From Candidatus Sumerlaeales bacterium (lineage in GTDB: Bacteria > Sumerlaeota > Sumerlaeia > Sumerlaeales > Sumerlaeaceae): a stretch of DNA of 11,193 nt. Positions 1-6,187 of the stretch are shown in pieces. The notes under the pieces were generated by a model that worked only from the letters and a program-made list of their open reading frames with translations, did no database searches and had not been told where the DNA came from. The position numbers and the translations under genes are program-made. Within the stretch, counting starts at the first letter, position 1; every line of letters starts with the position of its first letter. The stretch lies in assembly GCA_038243585.1 (NCBI GenBank), contig JBBSQY010000073.1, positions 1-11,193 of the forward strand, written 5' to 3'.

Positions 1-432
1 GAGAACTGGTATGCGGATGACATCTTTGAGATGGAAGAACGCCTGACTGCGGCGCGCCTTGGGGTAGAGCGGGTCATGGAGCGGACAATTTCCAATGAGA
101 TTCGCCGTCTTGAGAGTCATCTTATCTTTCTCGCTACCACGGCCAGTGTTGCCCCATTTATTGGCTTGTTCGGCACGGTTTGGGGGGTTCTGGCTGCGTT
201 TCAGGCGCTAGGGCGCACCGGCAGCGCGGCAATGAGCACATTGGCACCAGGAATGTCTACCGCGCTGGTGGCGACAGTTGCCGGCCTTATAGCGGCTATT
301 CCCGCCAGTATTTTTTATAATTACCTAACCAACAAGATCAATATCCTGACCAGCAGGATGGACGGATTTGCGCTGGAATTGGCTAACATCATTCAAAAGC
401 GAATGATAAAGCAAATAGCTACGGATCGGTAG
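1..432 (+). CDS. MotA/TolQ/ExbB proton channel family protein, 5'-truncated by the window edge (TolQ-like)
   Basis: The frame is open from base 1 (ENWYADDIFEM...). It contains FLATTASVAPFIGLFGTVWG and APGMSTALVATVAGLIAAIPASIFYN, matching the TM2/TM3 signatures of TolQ/ExbB. Stop TAG at 430-432. TolQ versus ExbB cannot be settled from the fragment. Confidence 0.93.
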   Translation, partial: ENWYADDIFEMEERLTAARLGVERVMERTISNEIRRLESHLIFLATTASVAPFIGLFGTVWGVLAAFQALGRTGSAAMSTLAPGMSTALVATVAGLIAAIPASIFYNYLTNKINILTSRMDGFALELANIIQKRMIKQIATDR

Positions 433-463
433 TTTACCGGCACGAGGTAGTTTACCGGCACGA
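428..463. repeat. Perfect 18-bp tandem direct repeat (GGTAGTTTACCGGCACGA x2)
   Basis: 428-445 and 446-463 are identical. The first copy contains the stop codon of the TolQ/ExbB gene. Confidence 0.97.
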
Positions 464-548
464 GTAAGACTCGTAAATTCAACCCGAGTTCCTACTCCTT
501 TCCATATTCGCAATTGCGCGATGCTACTTTGCCAAAAACAACTCTCGC

Positions 549-585
549 TTTGCTCTCCTGCACAAATTTAGTGCAGGAGAGCAAA
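549..585. terminator. Perfect 15-bp inverted repeat, probable terminator or mRNA hairpin downstream of the TolQ/ExbB gene
   Basis: TTTGCTCTCCTGCAC (549-563), loop AAATTTA, GTGCAGGAGAGCAAA (571-585). There is no clean U-tract after it on either strand, so the function is uncertain. Confidence 0.55.
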
Positions 586-840
586 TCAGTAATAATATGG
601 CACGAGATATCTTGGAGGGTCAACCATGCCAAGTGCTAATCCGTATCTTGCTATCCTCGATATAGCCCAATAAGTGTGCTTTATTTTCGGAGTGATGTAA
701 ATATTGAAATAAGTGGCGATATTTTATTCGCGTCTTATAACGAATTACAGCAAATTTTATCGCATTCTCGTTGCTTTCTGAAGCGCCAGTACCGTAATAA
801 TATCTATATCTTTTTTTAAATCTTCCTTTGAAAACTTACA

Positions 841-1596
841 ATGATCCGTTTTCTTGACATCAAAAGCAATTTTGCCTGCTTAGCTCCCCGCACCCATGGG
901 ATGACATTCGTTGAGGTACTTTTCGCGATTGCCATCGCGGCCATGCTCTCAGTCGGGATGTATGGCTCTGCCATTTATACCATGAGACAAACGGCACGGA
1001 ACATTGAACACACCTACGCGCTGCAGATCGTTAGCTCTGCAGCTGCCAAAGTTCGTGCAGCAAATTTTTCTAAACTTACAGGCACTACTACTGCCGCCGA
1101 TTTCGAACACCAGTTTTTTACGAATGCCCCAGTCTCGGCAGACCCCAACGTAGTGAATGGCAATGCTTTTACATTGGGTTACGAACTACGAGGGTTTGGC
1201 ACAGGCATCAAGAAGCAAAACAAAAACTGGTCTATATTGACCATACCGGATAAGAGCGCCGACTGGGAGAAAAACGAGTTCGCCGGTCATGTTTTGGCCG
1301 TAACGGCCGGTAAGGGTGCCAACCAGGTTATGGCCATAACGCAGAATCACAAGTCGATGGTTAAAAACGGGATAAAGACCGTTATGGTTCGTCTTGATCA
1401 GACGCTTCAAGATCCTGAAGCCGGCATAGATGATCCTACGGACGCAACCGGGCCCGCGGTTTCCTGGACTGTAGAGCCGGATAGCACATCCGTGTTCGTA
1501 GTCGATTATGGACTTTACTGTGACATCACTACAACATGGGGTGATGGCACTGGATACAAAACTTTAACGGAGACCGTCTATGCTCCAACGAATTAA
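841..1596 (+). CDS. Prepilin-type N-terminal cleavage/methylation protein, PilV/GspI-like minor pilin with an inserted extra domain
   Basis: Class III signal: RTHG20|MTFVE then hydrophobic VLFAIAIAAMLSVGMYG, with Glu at +5. The C-terminal LYCDITTTW...KTLTETVY strands resemble PilV/GspI heads. First gene of a V-W-X-like triplet. Confidence 0.85.
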   Translation: MIRFLDIKSNFACLAPRTHGMTFVEVLFAIAIAAMLSVGMYGSAIYTMRQTARNIEHTYALQIVSSAAAKVRAANFSKLTGTTTAADFEHQFFTNAPVSADPNVVNGNAFTLGYELRGFGTGIKKQNKNWSILTIPDKSADWEKNEFAGHVLAVTAGKGANQVMAITQNHKSMVKNGIKTVMVRLDQTLQDPEAGIDDPTDATGPAVSWTVEPDSTSVFVVDYGLYCDITTTWGDGTGYKTLTETVYAPTN

Positions 1597-2173
1597 CAGA
1601 CGCCGTGGTATGACCCTTGTCGAGGTCATGATCTCGCTGGTGCTGATGTTACTGTTGAGTATTATTACGATAGGTGGCATGATGATGCACGCGCGAATGG
1701 CGCGGGCGAATCTGACCCGGGAACAAATTGCAGAAAGCTCGCGCAGGCTGGTTAGTGCGGCGCAGGTTTTAGCCCTCGACGCTACGGTTTTGCGCGTCGA
1801 TGCTGGCCCGTCAGGGGCAAATACGGTCTTAACGATTGAAACGCCGGATCCCGCTGACTCAAGCGTTACAATTATTAAGCAGTTCGCCTATATCGACCGC
1901 GATATGAATCCGAACACTATTGGTGATAATGTGGTTGTTGAAAGGGATACCAATTCTCCTGGCGCAACCACTGGCAAAGTAATAATGGAGCTTTGTTCTG
2001 TTGTGGGGACGAAGAAGGTGTTTGAGCAACCCACAGGTACGGCGCGGCCTCTTATCAATATTAACCTGAGATTGGGCGACCGTACGTCTCCCGCAGGTAA
2101 CGCAGATAACGCGTTCACCGGACCAGGGTACCAGAGTTTTTTAATATCCGCTTCTGTTAGTCAGTTGCTGTAA
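1580..2173 (+). CDS. Prepilin-type N-terminal cleavage/methylation protein, PilW/GspJ-like minor pilin
   Basis: RRRG10|MTLVEVMISLVLMLLLSIITIGG class III signal with Glu at +5. Overlaps the upstream gene by 17 nt, suggesting translational coupling. Confidence 0.88.
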   Translation: MLQRINRRRGMTLVEVMISLVLMLLLSIITIGGMMMHARMARANLTREQIAESSRRLVSAAQVLALDATVLRVDAGPSGANTVLTIETPDPADSSVTIIKQFAYIDRDMNPNTIGDNVVVERDTNSPGATTGKVIMELCSVVGTKKVFEQPTGTARPLININLRLGDRTSPAGNADNAFTGPGYQSFLISASVSQLL

Positions 2174-2218
2174 GCCGCATGTTGTCTCGCAATTACTTAA
2201 ACGATAAGGACTACCATC

Positions 2219-4384
2219 ATGAAATTTAGCCCACGGAAAAATAAGTCTTCGCAACGTTCGGTTAGGGATGGAAACCATCGTTTAAGCCTGTGGCCTGGTA
2301 TGTCTGATCGTTTGGTGATCAAGCTGAGACCTTCCAGGCGGGGCAGCGCAATGGTAATGGCCGTTGTCTTTGTGACGATATCCGCAATGGTTGTTGCTTA
2401 TGTAATGCAGGCCTCCAACCGCCAGACCCGGAACACGTTCCGCACCCGGCTGTTTGAAACAAGCCTGGCGGCCTCTGCAACAATGGTAAAGGCGATGACG
2501 CAACAGGCGTATTTTATGGCGACCAGTCGCCCTGCGCAACTATCTGGCAATCTTGAACTCATGGACCCATTAATCCTAAGCATTAAACCAAAAAAAATAC
2601 CAGGCTTTGTTTCGGTTAAGCATGGATCGAAGGACCTGACCGCATTTAGAAAACCTGTATCCGGGAATGGGGTCTGGGGCGTTATAGATGATCCCAAAGA
2701 CGACTGGAATGGCTTCGCCATCCGTCGCTGGACCTATGATGCGGTTTCGTTTTTAAACGAAAACGAGAAAACGGATAACACCCAGATCGGACCCACGGCC
2801 AAACGTTTGGGGTTTGAGGGTGCTGGATTCAAGGCAAACATTCAAATCAACTATATACCCCTTTATCAATACGCAATTTTTTACGAAAATGATCTCGAAA
2901 TCCATAACGGACCTAAAATGGATGTTTTGGGTCCCGTTCATGGCAATTCGACGGTATGGGTAGCGACCGGAGACGAGTATTTAAAATTTCACGACAGACT
3001 CAGCGCGGCAGGAAATCTGCGCAGCGAACGAGACTTTAAGGCCCTCAACCCCCAAACAAACAATAAAGCTATTGGTGGCAACCTGGCGGTTAATGCCATT
3101 GGACATGACATGGACGCCTTCCACACGAAGCCGGTGTATGTTAAGAAAAAAGGATCTCAAAATCTCGTTGCTCTAAATGATGGCCTTCCATCCGGAGCGG
3201 ACACCAACAATAATACATTTCTTGATAGCGGCGACACTAACTGGTTATCTGACGCGTTGACTCGCTTTGGTGGAAACGTAACCGATATCGCAATGGGCAA
3301 TAAACCTATCCGGCCACCACTTCCCTTTGTAGGCGAAGGAGCTAACAAAAAGATCGCCGACGCAGGCGAACTGATTCAAAGAAGTAACGGCAATTTTAAT
3401 TATCAAGCGGATCCGATGGAAAAATTAAAGATGGAGTCAATGGCTGATATCAGAATCACCGGCGATCCGTCGAACCTTGATAATAAAGGGAATTTCAAGG
3501 ACATTAAAATAGAGCCCGCTATACATAATTCCGAAGGATTGGTTACGGGATACGGCACGCCCATCCCTAATCAGAAACTGAATAATAAAGGTAAACCAGT
3601 TGGCGAACCGCTGGTTACTCCGGGAGCTTTCGTGGATAACCGCGAGGGGAAAACCGTCTATTCTTTTGATATTGATATGGAACAAATGAGTGTTAGAGAC
3701 TCCGAGCTAGGCCATATTAGCTCAGGCAACGGCCTCATTTACGTGTCGACGAAGTCGAGTGGCGGAGGAATGAACGCGGTCCGCCTCGTCAATGCTGCGG
3801 ATATGCCGACATCTCTTCAAAACACCTTAACCGTCGCAACGGACCGGCCAATGTATCTCGAAGGTAATATTAATACGGAGAACAAGGCGACTTTGCTTCT
3901 AGCCGCGGACGCCATCACTGTTACGTCCAAGCATTTAACCTTAGATAGTAACAATCAAACTATCAAAGACAAGGCGCAGGCAACCATTACCAATGCCATT
4001 TTTATGCTCGGACAGGTATCCTCGAAATACATGCCGGTCGATTCCACTGGGAAAAAGACGCCTGGCGGCAAGGAAATAAATCATTTTGCACCAGGCTACG
4101 GTCGCGTGACCCAGAGCGGCGGAGCCCATAACGTGCTCCGCTATCTGGAGAATTGGAGCGGCGTTAAACACACATATAATGGGTCGCTTATATGCTTGTT
4201 TGAAAGTCGCGTAGCCACAACAAAATTCGGCGGACCATATTATAATCCTCCTAACAGAGATTATAATTGGGACGCGAGCCTAAAGAACAGCTCACCGCCA
4301 ATTGGCATGCCGGTGCTGGTGGAAGTCAAAACGTCTCGCCTCGAGCGGATCAGCAAGGCTGAGGCAGTGGCTTTATTGCAGTAA
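2219..4384 (+). CDS. Large PilX/GspK-like minor pilin (721 aa) with HpsA-like C-terminal region
   Basis: RRG42|SAMVMAVVFVTISAMVVAYV is a class III signal lacking Glu at +5, typical of PilX/GspK. Recognisable blocks: PLYQYAIFYENDLEIHNGPKMDVLGPVHGN, AVRLVNA, LTVATDRPMYLEGNIN, AADAITVTS, SGGAHNVLRYLENWSG, YYNPPNRDYNWD. AAGGA Shine-Dalgarno precedes ATG 2219; ATG 2300 is an alternative start. Confidence 0.8.
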   Translation: MKFSPRKNKSSQRSVRDGNHRLSLWPGMSDRLVIKLRPSRRGSAMVMAVVFVTISAMVVAYVMQASNRQTRNTFRTRLFETSLAASATMVKAMTQQAYFMATSRPAQLSGNLELMDPLILSIKPKKIPGFVSVKHGSKDLTAFRKPVSGNGVWGVIDDPKDDWNGFAIRRWTYDAVSFLNENEKTDNTQIGPTAKRLGFEGAGFKANIQINYIPLYQYAIFYENDLEIHNGPKMDVLGPVHGNSTVWVATGDEYLKFHDRLSAAGNLRSERDFKALNPQTNNKAIGGNLAVNAIGHDMDAFHTKPVYVKKKGSQNLVALNDGLPSGADTNNNTFLDSGDTNWLSDALTRFGGNVTDIAMGNKPIRPPLPFVGEGANKKIADAGELIQRSNGNFNYQADPMEKLKMESMADIRITGDPSNLDNKGNFKDIKIEPAIHNSEGLVTGYGTPIPNQKLNNKGKPVGEPLVTPGAFVDNREGKTVYSFDIDMEQMSVRDSELGHISSGNGLIYVSTKSSGGGMNAVRLVNAADMPTSLQNTLTVATDRPMYLEGNINTENKATLLLAADAITVTSKHLTLDSNNQTIKDKAQATITNAIFMLGQVSSKYMPVDSTGKKTPGGKEINHFAPGYGRVTQSGGAHNVLRYLENWSGVKHTYNGSLICLFESRVATTKFGGPYYNPPNRDYNWDASLKNSSPPIGMPVLVEVKTSRLERISKAEAVALLQ

Positions 4385-4453
4385 TAAATAAAACATCTCA
4401 TCCTTTGCCGCGACGGACGCGAACAAATGACAACGATCAGCAAAACAAAAACT

Positions 4454-4494
4454 AAAAGGACGGGGAAGTTTCTTCCCCGTCCTTTTTATTTTTT
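4454..4494. terminator. Bidirectional Rho-independent terminator between the pilin cassette and fabD
   Basis: AAAAGGACGGGGAAG-TTT-CTTCCCCGTCCTTTT followed by TATTTTTT and preceded by an A-rich tract. It lies between convergent genes. Confidence 0.93.
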
Positions 4495-4545
4495 ACTCTT
4501 CGCCCATTCGGACTAGACTAGCGATAAATTAATCAGCCGGTGCAC

Positions 4546-5481
4546 CTATTGATTTAGCAATATCCCAAGGCTATGCAACTGCTCCAGGGTGCTTACCTGG
4601 TGGACTGGTATGTTTGGAACAGTCCGTTTAGCGAGCCCGGCCAAGACTGATCCTGGACCTACTTCTATTATGGCGTCCACTCCGAAGTCACTAATGGTCT
4701 GCATGGTCTTGGTCCACTGCACGCTGCTTTCCATCTGGGAGAGTACATTGGCACGTATCTCCCCGCCGTCTGAATGTGCCAGACCGTCATAGTTGGTGAC
4801 TACGGGGATGATAGCGTCTTCGAACGTGACCTTATTGATGTTCTCCGCCAGAAGCGCATTTGCTTCGCGGACCAGGGGAGAATGGAACGCGCCGGAAACG
4901 GCGAGCGGCAGGCAGCGCTTGGCGCCAGCAGCTTTGCAGAGTTCTGCGGCCTTTTCCAAACCGGCGTTGTCGCCACTGATAATCGTCTGCCCAGGGCTGT
5001 TGTAGTTGGCGACCACCACGTTTTCTCCGGCTTCCAAACAGCACCGGACGATCTGTGCGTCGTCCAGACCGATAACAGCCATCATGCCGCCGGGAGAAAG
5101 CTTACCTGCCTGGCCCATCAGGACACCGCGCTGATTCACCAGCCAAAGAGCGTGGCCGTGATCCAACACGTTCGCAGCCGTTAAGGCCGCGTATTCTCCA
5201 ACGCTGTGTCCGGCGACAATTACAGGACGGATGCCTAAGTCTTCGAGCGCCCGGGTCAGCGCAACTTCGTGCATGTACAGCGCCGGCTGGGCGTTGGCCG
5301 TTTCTTTTAGAACTTCGGCGGGTCCGTCAAACATGATCTTCGTCAACTGCCGGTCAATGGTCACCTCGCTCTCATGCAGGAAATGCTGATACTTGGGAGA
5401 CGTTTGCCATAGGTCGGCGGCCATGCCCACATATTGGGATCCCTGCCCTGGATAGACAAACGCAAAACGTCGATTGATCAT
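4546..5481 (-). CDS. fabD: Malonyl-CoA:ACP transacylase (ACP S-malonyltransferase)
   Basis: FVYPGQGSQ, TANAQPAL, catalytic GHSVGEY, ANYNSPGQ, LAVSGAFHS, EVGPGSVL; 311 aa; AGGAG Shine-Dalgarno upstream of the ATG. Confidence 0.97.
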   Translation of the reverse strand: MINRRFAFVYPGQGSQYVGMAADLWQTSPKYQHFLHESEVTIDRQLTKIMFDGPAEVLKETANAQPALYMHEVALTRALEDLGIRPVIVAGHSVGEYAALTAANVLDHGHALWLVNQRGVLMGQAGKLSPGGMMAVIGLDDAQIVRCCLEAGENVVVANYNSPGQTIISGDNAGLEKAAELCKAAGAKRCLPLAVSGAFHSPLVREANALLAENINKVTFEDAIIPVVTNYDGLAHSDGGEIRANVLSQMESSVQWTKTMQTISDFGVDAIIEVGPGSVLAGLAKRTVPNIPVHQVSTLEQLHSLGILLNQ

Positions 5482-5587
5482 TTTCGAAAACTCCTGTGTA
5501 GAGGTAAGATCAGAGATGTGTGCGGCATCCGCCGCATTTCAGATTGATCTTTTTAACAATTGAATGGAAACGGTGTTCTAACAACAG

Positions 5588-6175
5588 ATGACGACCCAGG
5601 ATTTTGCAGTTCCAGACCACATCAAAGGCCTCATCTTTGACTGTGACGGTACAATAGCAGACACTATGCCTCTGCACTTTAAAGCGTATCAGGAGGCCCT
5701 TGGCGCAGAAGCCGAATGGCTGACTACCGACTTTTTCTATGCGCAGGCAGGAGTCCCTGCAGTGCCTTTCATGCAAATGCTGAAGGATAAACATAATCTG
5801 ACTTATGACGCAGAAAATGTAGCCGCGCGGAAAGAACAGCTTTTCGGAGAACAGCTTACTCATGTGGAAACCTTAAAGCCGGTGGAAAACGTGTTGAGGC
5901 AATACCATGGTCGGCTTCCCATGGCTGTGGGCAGTGGCGGGACATTGGAAAACGTGGAACGGACGCTCGAATTGCTGGGGCTCCGGGAATTGTTTGACGC
6001 TGTTGTAACCGCTGACGACGTGGAACACGGCAAGCCAGCCCCTGATATGTTTCTGGAGGCGGCGCGGCGAATGGGCGTGGATCCGAAGGATTGCATGGTT
6101 TTTGAAGACGGGGATATGGGAATTGAGGCCGCAGTGGCGGCGGGCATGGAGTGGGTCGACGTTCGTGGCTGGTGA
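5588..6175 (+). CDS. HAD-IA family phosphatase (YqaB / beta-phosphoglucomutase-like)
   Basis: Motif I LIFDCDGTIADTMPLH, motif II AVGSGG, motif III GKPAPDMF, motif IV VFEDGDMGIEAA. Confidence 0.93.
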   Translation: MTTQDFAVPDHIKGLIFDCDGTIADTMPLHFKAYQEALGAEAEWLTTDFFYAQAGVPAVPFMQMLKDKHNLTYDAENVAARKEQLFGEQLTHVETLKPVENVLRQYHGRLPMAVGSGGTLENVERTLELLGLRELFDAVVTADDVEHGKPAPDMFLEAARRMGVDPKDCMVFEDGDMGIEAAVAAGMEWVDVRGW

Positions 6176-6187
6176 AGGCGTTTGCTC

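Noticed and set aside
325..513. 62-aa minus-strand ORF containing RAGKLP twice
   Set aside because: Antisense to the TolQ/ExbB gene. The peptide repeat is just the 18-bp duplication read on the other strand.
509..518. 10-bp palindrome CGCAATTGCG
   Set aside because: Short, single and plausible by chance, with no supporting context.
598..632. TGGCACG (+) and TTGGCATG (-) resembling sigma-54 -24 boxes
   Set aside because: Neither has GC at the required GG-N10-GC spacing (CT and CC are found instead).
854..886. Perfect TTGACA -35 box
   Set aside because: It lies inside the prepilin leader coding sequence and has no acceptable -10 box 16-18 bp downstream.
2590..2597. A8 run in the PilX-like gene (and T7 at 811-817) as phase-variation tracts
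   Set aside because: Short A/T runs are expected in AT-rich sequence, and the reading frame is intact.
5510..5863. 117-aa minus-strand ORF upstream of fabD
   Set aside because: Mostly antisense to the well-supported HAD gene, with no recognisable motifs.
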